Shown here: piece by piece, positions 18,622-27,760 of the stretch
How positions within the stretch are numbered: position 1 is the stretch's first letter
How the letters are laid out: every line of letters begins with the position of its first letter
Position numbers and translations under genes: made by a program
Source: Aliivibrio fischeri ES114
GTDB taxonomy: Bacteria; Pseudomonadota; Gammaproteobacteria; Enterobacterales; Vibrionaceae
Assembly: GCF_000011805.1 (NCBI RefSeq)
Contig: NC_006841.2
Length of the DNA stretch: 32,000 nt
Reading direction: 5' to 3' (one strand)
The notes under the pieces: generated by a model
The model's input: the letters and a program-made list of their open reading frames with translations, nothing else
What the model was told of the DNA's origin: nothing
Databases searched by the model: none

Positions 18622-19143
18622 ATGTTAACTGTAACGCAAATGGCAAAGCACCATAATATCTCCCGCACTACGATTTTATATTATGAACGAGCAGGATTAC
18701 TTCTACCTGCTTATCGTTCTGATAATGGCTATCGTTGGTACGGAGATAAAGAATCCAAACGATTAGAAGTCATCATGGCTTATCGATCATTTGGTATTCC
18801 TATTACAGACATCATGCCGCTGCTTGACCATCAAGACGACATGACACAAGAAAGTATTTTACGTAATCAATTTAATGCGCTTGAAAATGAGATTCAACGA
18901 TTACGACAACAACAAAATGCGATTGTCATGTTACTAAAGCAACCTACACTATTGGAGCAAAATATGGTTACTAAAGCACGCTGGGTCGAAATAATGAAAG
19001 CAGCAGGTCTTAATGAACAAGACATGCAAAATTGGCACAAACAGTTCGAAAAAATGGAACCTGATGCTCATCAAGAGTTTTTAGAATCACTAAGTATTGA
19101 TGCAGAGGAAATTTCTGAGATTAGAGCTTGGTCTAAAGCTTAA
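18622..19143 (+). CDS. MerR-family transcriptional regulator
   Basis: MLTVTQMAKHHNISRTTILYYERAGLLLPAYRSDNGYRWYGDKESKRLEVIMAYRSFGIPITDI. Track start at 18529 would place the promoter inside the CDS; ATG 18622 preferred. Confidence 0.88.
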   Translation: MLTVTQMAKHHNISRTTILYYERAGLLLPAYRSDNGYRWYGDKESKRLEVIMAYRSFGIPITDIMPLLDHQDDMTQESILRNQFNALENEIQRLRQQQNAIVMLLKQPTLLEQNMVTKARWVEIMKAAGLNEQDMQNWHKQFEKMEPDAHQEFLESLSIDAEEISEIRAWSKA

Positions 19144-19157
19144 GAGATAAAAACGGA

Positions 19158-19188
19158 AACGCCTAAAGTTATTAGCTTTAGGCGTTAC
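19158..19188 (+). terminator. Candidate terminator after merR-family gene
   Basis: AACGCCTAAAG TTATTAG CTTTAGGCGTT stem; weak T-tract. Confidence 0.6.
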
Positions 19189-19220
19189 TTCTAACAAGAC
19201 ACGATTAAAAAAACCGAGTG

Positions 19221-19652
19221 TTATAACTTCATGTGTAAGATTGGAAATGGTTTTCCCATATCATCAAGTTCAGAGCGAGATTCAACTTTAAACCCCATAT
19301 GTTGATAAAAGCCAACTGCTTGTGGATTTTGTTCATTAACATCCACACTCTCGGCATTCAGCTCATTCACAGCATAGGTTAACAAGGCTGTTCCAATTCC
19401 TTCTCCTCTTGCTTCATTTAGAATAAATAGCATTTCAATTTTTTGATTTAGTACGCCGATAAAACCAAGAATCGCACCATTATTATTCTTTATACAACGC
19501 AAAGTTACAGAAGGAAACGCATGCTCCATGATAATAGGCTTAAAAAACTCAATATCTTCATCACTAATAAAGTCATGAGTTGCTCGGACTGAATTTTCCC
19601 AAACAGACAGCATTTCTGCATAGTCTTTAGGAAGCACATTTTCGATAATCAT
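19221..19652 (-). CDS. GNAT-family N-acetyltransferase
   Basis: ILGFIGVLNQKIEMLFILNEARGEGIGTALLTYAVNEL...VNEQNPQAVGFYQHMGFKVESR. Confidence 0.88.
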   Translation of the reverse strand: MIIENVLPKDYAEMLSVWENSVRATHDFISDEDIEFFKPIIMEHAFPSVTLRCIKNNNGAILGFIGVLNQKIEMLFILNEARGEGIGTALLTYAVNELNAESVDVNEQNPQAVGFYQHMGFKVESRSELDDMGKPFPILHMKL

Positions 19653-19705
19653 ACTGTTCTCACTTAAACGGGTTCATATTGACATGCGCAGCCGCGAATG
19701 TTCTA

Positions 19706-20581
19706 TTATACACATTTTTTAGACATAAACTTAGAAGCAAATCCAGTAACAAACATGGTGCCAATAACCACTAAAATCGTACCTATAATGGCATTTACTC
19801 CCACCGTTTCACCTAAGAACAAATACCCCCATAAAATCCCAAAAACAGGAATAATAAAGGTAACTGTTAAAGCAGAAGAAGCACCAAGCTCCTTAATAAG
19901 TCGAAAATACAATAAATAAGCCAATCCCGTACATACAGCACCAAGTGCAAAAACAGCCGCAATAATATCTGAAGTGACTTCTTCTCGAACAGGCATGAAA
20001 GGAACAAGAGGCAATACAAGTAATACAGATGCCCACATACTACCGTGCGCATTATTAAACGGCTCAACGCTTGGTGCATTTTTGGCATAATTAGTCGCAA
20101 CCCCATAGCTAAACGCACCAATTAACGCAGTAATAATTGGAATAATCGCTTCATCGCCAATATTAATCGCTTCCCACCCAACCAAAACACTTACACCAAT
20201 CATTCCAAGAATCAGACCAAATATAACGTCTTTACTTAATCTTGTTCGAGTCCAGATAGCTCCAATAACGGCTCCCCAAATCGGAGCTGTGGAATTAAGA
20301 ACAGCCAAAGTAGATACATTTAACACTTGCGCAGAATATGCAAATAACAAAAAAGGCAAAGCCGAATTAAACAGACCTAAAATAAGGAAGTGTTTAATAT
20401 TAGACATAAAACGTAGCGATTTTTTGAGGAAAAATGAAACAACAAGCAGAGTCAATGCGGCAAAAGCGACACGTACTTCAATTAAAACCGCAGGGCCTAA
20501 CGGATTAGCCGCAATCCTAACAAATAAAAATGAGCCTCCCCACAAAGCAGCTAACGTAAATAAACTTAAGATATTAACCAT
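19706..20581 (-). CDS. EamA/DMT-family transporter
   Basis: LAALWGGSFLFVRIAANPLGPAVLIEVRVAFAALTLL; second EamA repeat ...YLLYFRLIKELGASSALTVTFIIPVFGILWGYLFLGETV. Confidence 0.9.
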   Translation of the reverse strand: MVNILSLFTLAALWGGSFLFVRIAANPLGPAVLIEVRVAFAALTLLVVSFFLKKSLRFMSNIKHFLILGLFNSALPFLLFAYSAQVLNVSTLAVLNSTAPIWGAVIGAIWTRTRLSKDVIFGLILGMIGVSVLVGWEAINIGDEAIIPIITALIGAFSYGVATNYAKNAPSVEPFNNAHGSMWASVLLVLPLVPFMPVREEVTSDIIAAVFALGAVCTGLAYLLYFRLIKELGASSALTVTFIIPVFGILWGYLFLGETVGVNAIIGTILVVIGTMFVTGFASKFMSKKCV

Positions 20582-20824
20582 CTGTCACTCCAAACTGTGG
20601 TTGATTTTTGAGTGTGTTCGATAATGACAAATAACTCAACGCTATCATTAAAAAATGTCATTAACTACTCACATTTAAAACTCAAATAGATTAGCGCTAC
20701 TAATGAACTCATATTTTTCAATAGAGTTATAGACTGTCTCAATATTTGACAAGGTATATATAAACAAAAAAGGTATTATGTACGGATACACATAAAAACA
20801 AACTTCTATTTAAAGGAAAAAATT

Positions 20825-21214
20825 ATGAAAATTCGCTTTTATCTTCTTGCAGCACTCGCTATGACTTCACTTTTTGGCTGCAGTGGAGGCGAACAATCAC
20901 TGAAAGTAACAGCAAGCGCATACACATCAAGTGTTGGTGAAACAGATGATACCCCGAACCTTGCTGCATGGGGAGATACGCTTAAGCCGGGAATGAAATC
21001 AATCGCAGTATCAAGAGATCTAATCGAAATGGGTCTTACTCACAACCAAGAAGTGAGAATCGAAGGGCTTGATGGTACATATCGCGTTCTTGATAAAATG
21101 AACAAGCGCTGGAAAAAGAAGATCGATATTTACATGGGTGAAGATGTTGAAAAAGCAAGACAATGGGGTAAGAAAGAAGTCGTTATCTACTGGACTGTAG
21201 AAGAAGAAAAGTAG
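20825..21214 (+). CDS. 3D-domain (double-psi beta-barrel-like) lipoprotein
   Basis: Lipobox LFGCS; VTASAYTSSVGETDDTPNLAAWGDTLKPGMKSIAVSRDLIEMGLTHNQEVRIEG...VLDKMNKRWKKKIDIYMG typical of 3D domains. Confidence 0.75.
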   Translation: MKIRFYLLAALAMTSLFGCSGGEQSLKVTASAYTSSVGETDDTPNLAAWGDTLKPGMKSIAVSRDLIEMGLTHNQEVRIEGLDGTYRVLDKMNKRWKKKIDIYMGEDVEKARQWGKKEVVIYWTVEEEK

Positions 21215-21248
21215 AAAGTTAATAACTGCGAATCCAAAGATTTACAAC

Positions 21249-21279
21249 TAAAGTGGCCTTATTATGAGGCCACTTTTTT
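21249..21279. terminator. Bidirectional Rho-independent terminator
   Basis: AAAGTGGCCTTATTATGAGGCCACTTTTTT. Confidence 0.85.
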
Positions 21280-21298
21280 ATATTTCTAATAAAAGATT

Positions 21299-23164
21299 CT
21301 AACTGCCGATCACGCCGCCGTTATCTTTGGTGATCATCACAATCGTTGACCGAGGCTTACTGTTTCCACCTTGTGGGAAATGTCCAGATGGGTGTTGCAC
21401 ACCAACAAACATCGTCTTTTGATCTTCAGAGAAAGTTAACCCAGTAATTTCACAACCAATTGGGCCAGTTAAGAAGCGACGCACTTCTCCAGTATTAGGA
21501 TCACCACACAACATCTGATTATTACCTTGTCCCGCAAAGTCTCCTTTGTTTGAGTAATTACCATCAGTTTGGATCCATAAACGTCCTGCTTTATCAAAAC
21601 CAATACCATCAGGACTGTTAAACATATTATCTTTATTGATGTTATCACTGCCAGCGTACAAACTATCTTTATGAACCGTTGGATTACCCGCAATTACGTA
21701 TAAATCCCACTGGAACGTATCACTAACATGATTGGCATTAGTTGGTGCCCAACGCACAATTTGTCCATAATGATTTTCAGCACGAGGGTTAACACCATCA
21801 ACGTCTTGGCCTTCTTTTACACCTCGATATTTATTATTGGTTAGTGTACAAAATACGTGCTTTTTATCAGGATGAACCGCAACCCATTCAGGTCTATCCA
21901 TTGTGGTTGCCCCCACTTGGGTTGCCGCACGGCGAGCAAAAATCATCACTTCAGCTTGGCTATTGAACCCATTTTCTCTGGTTAACCCATTTTTACCATA
22001 AGTCAACTCTAGCCACTGGCCATCACCTTCTAACTTATCGTCTTTCATTGCAAATTTAGCAACGTACAAGGTGCCCTCTTCAAGGAGATTACGATTTGCT
22101 CTGTTATTCCCTTCTTGATATTTATCTTTTGATACGAACTTATAAAGGTGTTCACCACGTTCGTCATCACCAAGATACACCACAACATGGCCATCATCAT
22201 TTACAACCAGTGCAGCATTTTCATGTTTAAATCGACCTAGTCCCGTTCGTTTTAATGGCGTTGATGTTGGATCATTTGGATCAATTTCAACCACCCACCC
22301 AAAACGATTCGGTTCATTTGGATTTTTCGCTACATCAAAACGATCATCAAAATTATGCCATTGATAATCACTTTGCTCTGCTTTAATACCATAACGCTTA
22401 TCATCAGGTGTTAATTCTGCATTTTGTTCTGAACCAAAAAAATCATTAAAATTTTCTTCGCACGTTAAATAAGTACCCCAAGGCGTTTCACCATTTGCAC
22501 AGTTATTAAAGGTACCTAACACTTTTTTACCCGTAGGATCGGCTTTGGTTTTTAGTAAATCATGACCCGCAGCAGGACCAGTCACTTCCATTTCAGTATT
22601 TGCTGTTATACGGCGATTTGCCTTGCCTGCTGAATCCATCGTCCATTGACCGTTCTTTTTTACAATTTCAACAATGGTAATTCCCACGGCCGCCTGTGCT
22701 TTAGCTACATCATCTGCTGTCATTTCTTTGCCTTGGTGAGCAAACAGAAATTCATAATTAGTATATTCATTATTAACTGCAAGAATCGCTCGATCGTTTG
22801 ATAATGGGAATACACTCATACCATCTGTGTTATCACCAAATTGCAATGCTTGCGCTTTTGAATCTTGCTTTCCATTTGGATTAAATTTCGGAGCGTTAAC
22901 AAAGATAGGGTCTCCCCAAGACATCAATGTATTCCAACTGTACCCTTTAGGAAGCACAATAGAGTCACTTGTAGAGGTGGGAATGGCTTCAAAGTTTAAT
23001 AACGCATTATTCATATTACCAGCGATGGCTTTTGCTACTGGGTTTAACGCCAAAAAAGCGCCAGCACCTGCCGCCGCAGTTCCCATCAAGAAACCTCGAC
23101 GAGATAAACGAGCATTCACCATATTGCTAAAATCAGATTCTTTCTCTACAAATTTATTCATCAT
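21299..23164 (-). CDS. PhoX-family (DUF839) phosphatase, Tat-exported
   Basis: Tat motif LSRRGFLMGTAAAGAGAFLALNPVAKA; FGWVVEIDPNDP, KRTGLGRFKHENAALVVNDDGHVVVYLGDDERGEHLYKFVS, RPEWVAVHP, NMFNSPDGIGFDKAGRLWIQTDG. Confidence 0.88.
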   Translation of the reverse strand: MMNKFVEKESDFSNMVNARLSRRGFLMGTAAAGAGAFLALNPVAKAIAGNMNNALLNFEAIPTSTSDSIVLPKGYSWNTLMSWGDPIFVNAPKFNPNGKQDSKAQALQFGDNTDGMSVFPLSNDRAILAVNNEYTNYEFLFAHQGKEMTADDVAKAQAAVGITIVEIVKKNGQWTMDSAGKANRRITANTEMEVTGPAAGHDLLKTKADPTGKKVLGTFNNCANGETPWGTYLTCEENFNDFFGSEQNAELTPDDKRYGIKAEQSDYQWHNFDDRFDVAKNPNEPNRFGWVVEIDPNDPTSTPLKRTGLGRFKHENAALVVNDDGHVVVYLGDDERGEHLYKFVSKDKYQEGNNRANRNLLEEGTLYVAKFAMKDDKLEGDGQWLELTYGKNGLTRENGFNSQAEVMIFARRAATQVGATTMDRPEWVAVHPDKKHVFCTLTNNKYRGVKEGQDVDGVNPRAENHYGQIVRWAPTNANHVSDTFQWDLYVIAGNPTVHKDSLYAGSDNINKDNMFNSPDGIGFDKAGRLWIQTDGNYSNKGDFAGQGNNQMLCGDPNTGEVRRFLTGPIGCEITGLTFSEDQKTMFVGVQHPSGHFPQGGNSKPRSTIVMITKDNGGVIGS

Positions 23165-23403
23165 ACTTCCCTTTTGAAACTGTTATTTTTATAAGTGTAT
23201 TTTTACAATCAGAAGTAGACTAAAGGTACTTTGTGACAGAAATATTGAAAGGAGATGACGATTTTATTGCGTATTTTTATTATCACTCTATATAAAAAAT
23301 AATATTAATAATTAAATATAAACCTGTAATAAACGACAGGAACATAAGCGTAATCATTCATATAAGATCCGCTCAAAAGGTTAGAAATATAAAGAAGGAT
23401 TTT

Positions 23404-23799
23404 ATGAAGAAAATATCAACGTTGTTACTTTTAACTCTTATATCGTCATCTACTTTTGCCGATAATATATACTCGTTCAAGTCATTAAGTAATCTGAGAG
23501 AAGTTCCAAAAGTTGGCGATACTTATAAGTTAGACCCAGTAGATCAAGCGTCTATAGAACTTGTTTGTTGGGATAAGGGAGAAAGTGACTATCGTTCTTT
23601 TTCTGCATGTGAAATTGTAGTTAACTATTCGGAAAAAGCGCTCTATGACCCTTGTTTCCAAGCAACAGATAGATTCTCTACTCCGCCCATTTATGTCGAA
23701 TTAAATAATAGTAGATTTTCTGGTTTACACGTATCTGGAATGAAAATTAAATTTAAAGAAATAAAATATGGAAACTTATTTTTTGAACTGATCAAGTAA
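23404..23799 (+). CDS. Hypothetical small exported protein
   Basis: Signal peptide MKKISTLLLLTLISSSTFA, 131 aa, 3 cysteines in mature part; followed by terminator; no family recognised. Confidence 0.6.
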   Translation: MKKISTLLLLTLISSSTFADNIYSFKSLSNLREVPKVGDTYKLDPVDQASIELVCWDKGESDYRSFSACEIVVNYSEKALYDPCFQATDRFSTPPIYVELNNSRFSGLHVSGMKIKFKEIKYGNLFFELIK

Positions 23800-23820
23800 C
23801 TGTAAAGGTTATATCTTAAT

Positions 23821-23849
23821 AAAAAAGCCTCTATTGCAGAGGCTTTTTA
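23821..23849. terminator. Bidirectional Rho-independent terminator
   Basis: AAAAAAGCCTCTATTGCAGAGGCTTTTT. Confidence 0.85.
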
Positions 23850-23853
23850 GCTT

Positions 23854-25338
23854 TTATTTAATCTTAACAACCGCTGGTGGTTGCCAAGTACCACTTAGCA
23901 TTTCCTCTTTAGGACCGTAAGCGCGAATAGTCATTGCTATGTCATCTTTTGGAGCAGGTAACCAGTTACCTATTTTATCTTCACTTGGTTTTTCATTTTG
24001 AATATATATGGTTAAGGAGCCATCTTTATTGTATTTCATCCCTTTATTCTTTGTACCAATTGAATAACGCTTTATATCATTTGGAACAAAGAAATGATTA
24101 GAGTTATACATAGTCAAAGACCAAAAACCATCAACAGGAGGAAGTTCTCCCTTTTTGAACGTTAATGTATAATTGTGGTTCCCATTAATACGCGTCCCAT
24201 TTTCATCTTTATATTGATAAAGATAACTCGTTTCGGTTACATCGTTCGTAAAGATGTTTGATTTAGCCACAGCTAAACGTGTTAAGTAATCCGTTCCAAA
24301 GCGTCCATTATCTTGGGGTCTAGTCCAGTAGTTATTTATTTCTTTACCTACATTCTCTAAGCGAAAAAGTGGGGTTACGATATTCATCTCAGCTTCATTA
24401 GCTACATCATTTAATATTTTTTGTAGCTCTTTATTCTCTTCTGCTTGAAGTAATAACTCCTTGAACTGTGCATACATAGCTTCTTCACCAGGAAGAGGAG
24501 ATACCTCTTCTAATACTTTCCCAAGCTGTTCTGCGCTAAAGAACATATTTGGATTTACCCATGTTTTCTCTGATTTGGTTTTCTTAGCTTCTGGGATATT
24601 TGGTAAAGATTTCCAATTGGTTATCTTCATTATTCCTGTAAATTCCGATAAAGGATAAGCACCTAATTGATTAACTACAGACTGAATTGCTTCTCTATCC
24701 TCAGCAGTGTCATCCATAAAAACACGTGGAATCACAACAGCAAGGTCTGTTGACGAACGAAATACTTTATTAATACCTTCAGGTATCTCACCATCCCACT
24801 CCGGTGACACTATCATATAAAACCCTGGCTTAGAGTCATAAATACTGCTGAGCTGTGCAAAACTATCCGTTCTCTGATCTTCCGCCATTACCGTCCAAAA
24901 ACGGTCTCCAAAGTCAGGAACCTGTATCACAACTGGCTCTTTATCTAGAGATAACATGCCAAAACCATATACAACATCTTGATTGGGATGGGCAACATCT
25001 CTCATGTTTGGTGATACATAATCAGAAAGCATAGTTAAATGATTAATAGGGGCTGCAGGCATAGCTCCCCCAATATAACCTTGATATGGTACCTGCTTAA
25101 AAGCTTCACGTCGGTTATGCATATTAACCATCGGCCAGCCCCAAACATACGCATAATTTGCAATCGCTTTTGCGTACCCTTCAGTCATAATAGAACCTGT
25201 TGGTCCTTTTGCTGCTTGCTCATACGATAACGACTGTACTGGAATGCCTGTTCGATTGTTTTCAGCAATACTAATATTTTGACAACCAACCATTAAGGTA
25301 GCTATTGGCAATAATAGACAAATTCGATTTAATTTCAT
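23854..25338 (-). CDS. DUF1254/DUF1214 family lipoprotein
   Basis: Lipobox MVGCQ; DUF1254-like VWGWPMVNMHNRREAF...YVSPNMRDVAHPNQDVVYGFGMLSLDKEPVVIQVPDFGDRFWTVMAEDQRTDSF; DUF1214-like GFWSLTMYNSNHFFVPNDIKRYSIGTKN. Confidence 0.85.
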   Translation of the reverse strand: MKLNRICLLLPIATLMVGCQNISIAENNRTGIPVQSLSYEQAAKGPTGSIMTEGYAKAIANYAYVWGWPMVNMHNRREAFKQVPYQGYIGGAMPAAPINHLTMLSDYVSPNMRDVAHPNQDVVYGFGMLSLDKEPVVIQVPDFGDRFWTVMAEDQRTDSFAQLSSIYDSKPGFYMIVSPEWDGEIPEGINKVFRSSTDLAVVIPRVFMDDTAEDREAIQSVVNQLGAYPLSEFTGIMKITNWKSLPNIPEAKKTKSEKTWVNPNMFFSAEQLGKVLEEVSPLPGEEAMYAQFKELLLQAEENKELQKILNDVANEAEMNIVTPLFRLENVGKEINNYWTRPQDNGRFGTDYLTRLAVAKSNIFTNDVTETSYLYQYKDENGTRINGNHNYTLTFKKGELPPVDGFWSLTMYNSNHFFVPNDIKRYSIGTKNKGMKYNKDGSLTIYIQNEKPSEDKIGNWLPAPKDDIAMTIRAYGPKEEMLSGTWQPPAVVKIK

Positions 25339-25356
25339 GATAGGACTCCTAAAATA

Positions 25357-26661
25357 TTATTTCGAAATTACCGCTTGAGGCATTTGATAATCACCTTTTT
25401 GAACAGCTTCACTTGCGCCATACAAACGCATAACTAAATAAAACTCTTTTTTAGGAATAGGAAGAAAATTCGATTTACCCTTATTTGTTTTTTCATCAGC
25501 ACTCAAAGTAATAGTGTAATATCCGTCCTTATCAGCAGTTAATGTTCTGTCTCCTCGGCTATGTCGATTTAACCCGTTCTTTGCCATTAATCGGTTATCA
25601 GCCCCATATACTGTCACAGACCAAAATTCACTTACATCTGGAGCTTTAAAATGCATTGTATAACTGTGTTTTGCCCCATTTAATTTATGACCGTTAGGAT
25701 CTTTTTCTAACTTACGATAAGCGGCTTCTTCTGGTGGTAACCCCCACTGACCAACATAAGTACCAACAGAGAAAACACCACGATCAGCATCTCCCAAACT
25801 TTTTCTCGTACCAAGAATCAAACGGGCATCAGTAGTTGTTTTGGATAATTCAGCGATGTGCTTCAATCCTTTTTCCTTACCAATTTTTTGCATTTGTAAC
25901 TGCTCATGGCTGAAATCGTACTTACACGCCTCTAAACCCACGGACTTATATTGTTGTAACCACTGCTTATCCGCTTTCGCTAAACTGCCTTCACATAACA
26001 CAAAATTAGTTGTTTCTAGCCAAGACGTTTTTTCTGGATCTGGATAATGACGAATACGAGGCTTTGGTCCATTTTTACCAAGATATTCAGATAACGTTCT
26101 AATGTTCCATTGATCCATATATGACTGAGCAACTTGAGTGTCTTGTGGACCATTAGCCATAATTCGCCCCATCAATTTAACGAAGTTAGAGTCAACATGA
26201 ATGACTTCGTCAACAGAAGCAGGAACTTCTCCCTTCCACGTTGGTGATGCATACATAAACTGACCGCCTTGCTTACCACGAGTACGTGAACCAAACATAC
26301 TATCTGTATAATGTCCCATATCCATAGTATGAAGAATCCAATATCGGTCATCATCCATATTTGGAACACTAACAATGACTGGTTCTTGAGCTACATCTAA
26401 CCACCCCATTAAATGCAATGTGTCATTATTAATTGTTGGATGCGCAGTATAAGTATCATCAGCTAAATGACGAATATTTTGAAAACGGTTTAATGGATAA
26501 TCAGGTTTTACTGCTGTTTCATAAAAAAACTTATAAGCCTCATCCATAGAATAAGCGTACAGATAGGCATCTTCGGCAAGCTTTTCTGTAATCTGAGCAA
26601 ACGCCACATTTGTACTTCCTATCACTAGACAAGCAGCACTAATCGCATGTTTTAATTTCAT
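25357..26661 (-). CDS. DUF1254/DUF1214 family exported protein (paralog of neighbour)
   Basis: Signal peptide MKLKHAISAACLVIGSTNVAFA; AYLYAYSMDEAYKFF...PTINNDTLHLMGWLDVAQEPVIVSVPNMDDDRYWILHTMDMGHY; SEFWSVTVYGADNRLMAKNGLNRHSRG. Confidence 0.85.
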   Translation of the reverse strand: MKLKHAISAACLVIGSTNVAFAQITEKLAEDAYLYAYSMDEAYKFFYETAVKPDYPLNRFQNIRHLADDTYTAHPTINNDTLHLMGWLDVAQEPVIVSVPNMDDDRYWILHTMDMGHYTDSMFGSRTRGKQGGQFMYASPTWKGEVPASVDEVIHVDSNFVKLMGRIMANGPQDTQVAQSYMDQWNIRTLSEYLGKNGPKPRIRHYPDPEKTSWLETTNFVLCEGSLAKADKQWLQQYKSVGLEACKYDFSHEQLQMQKIGKEKGLKHIAELSKTTTDARLILGTRKSLGDADRGVFSVGTYVGQWGLPPEEAAYRKLEKDPNGHKLNGAKHSYTMHFKAPDVSEFWSVTVYGADNRLMAKNGLNRHSRGDRTLTADKDGYYTITLSADEKTNKGKSNFLPIPKKEFYLVMRLYGASEAVQKGDYQMPQAVISK

Positions 26662-26749
26662 TCTATCGCTCCAGCGTTGTTATTAATTAAGTAGCTACAC
26701 TATAAAAACTCACGAATTGAATGACGAATAGCAAAAACCAATACAGAAC

Positions 26750-26765
26750 ATATCAATTTTGATAT
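26750..26765. promoter_or_regulatory. Candidate LysR operator in the DUF1254//LysR divergent region
   Basis: Perfect palindrome ATATCAA-TT-TTGATAT followed by another TTTGATA. Confidence 0.45.
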
Positions 26766-26802
26766 AGTTTGATAGGCGCTCAAATCAGAATGGATATATA
26801 AG

Positions 26803-27717
26803 ATGAAAAACTTTGATTTAAATCTTTTACGAACTTTGAATGTTTTATTAGAAACCCGTAGCACAACTATCGCAGCCACACGATTACATACTAGCCAACC
26901 TGCGATCAGCCGTTCATTGCGTAAATTGAGAGATATATTTCAAGATGATTTACTTATCAGAAAAAATGGCAGATTTCAGTTAACAGTAAAAGCTGAAGAA
27001 TTAACACAAACACTTCCAATGATATTTAATGGCATTGATGAACTAATGTGGAATGCCGAACCATTTGAACCACTTAGCGCTTCTAATGATCTAACTATTG
27101 CGATGAATTCTTCTATTGCTCAATGGTTTGCTCCAATTTTAATTCAGCATTTATCACAAACCGCACCAAATATATCACTCACGATTGTTGATTGGACAGA
27201 GTCATCACCTGATGATATCGCTGATGGTACTGTTCAATACGGAATTAACTATTTCCCAATGGATTTACCTAAACATTTAATACAAAGAAAAGGCGGAACG
27301 GATTCTTTCGTTTTAGCATGCCAAAAAGAACATCAGCATATAGGGAAAGTAATGAAAGCTATAGATTTTGAGCAATACCCTATTGCCATTCATGTAATTC
27401 AAAATTGGAATGATAAGAAAGATCACCTATCTCGAATATTAACGCCAATGGATATTAAGCCCTCAATCAAACTTCGTAGCTCGCACTTAAACATTATTCT
27501 ACAAGCCATAGTGCAGTCAGATATGTTATTGCCGTGTTCTAAATATTTAGCTCAGAGCCTTGATGAACGATTTAGCTATATTGAGTTTGATCAATCATTA
27601 ACAACACCAGAAGGTAACTTTGGTTTTGTATACGCAGTAAAATGGCGGAATGATCCTTTTTTACAGTGGTTAAATGCTTCTATTTCTAATTTAGTAAATA
27701 CGAAATTAATACAATAA
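26803..27717 (+). CDS. LysR-family transcriptional regulator
   Basis: FDLNLLRTLNVLLETRSTTIAATRLHTSQPAISRSLRKLRDIFQDDLLIRKNGRFQLTVKAEEL. Confidence 0.9.
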   Translation: MKNFDLNLLRTLNVLLETRSTTIAATRLHTSQPAISRSLRKLRDIFQDDLLIRKNGRFQLTVKAEELTQTLPMIFNGIDELMWNAEPFEPLSASNDLTIAMNSSIAQWFAPILIQHLSQTAPNISLTIVDWTESSPDDIADGTVQYGINYFPMDLPKHLIQRKGGTDSFVLACQKEHQHIGKVMKAIDFEQYPIAIHVIQNWNDKKDHLSRILTPMDIKPSIKLRSSHLNIILQAIVQSDMLLPCSKYLAQSLDERFSYIEFDQSLTTPEGNFGFVYAVKWRNDPFLQWLNASISNLVNTKLIQ

Positions 27718-27744
27718 AAAAAGCCTCTATTACAGAGGCTTTAA
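27716..27744. terminator. Rho-independent terminator
   Basis: AAAAAAAGCCTCTATTACAGAGGCTTT. Confidence 0.75.
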
Positions 27745-27760
27745 ATTAACTTAATAGGTA

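Noticed and set aside
19867-20624. ORFs overlapping the EamA transporter (84 aa minus, 111 aa plus)
   Set aside because: Shadow ORFs in alternative frames of a membrane protein gene; no independent support.
20289-20824. Possible small gene in the EamA // 3D-lipoprotein intergenic region
   Set aside because: Only the overlapping shadow ORF is available; remaining sequence looks like ordinary promoter DNA.
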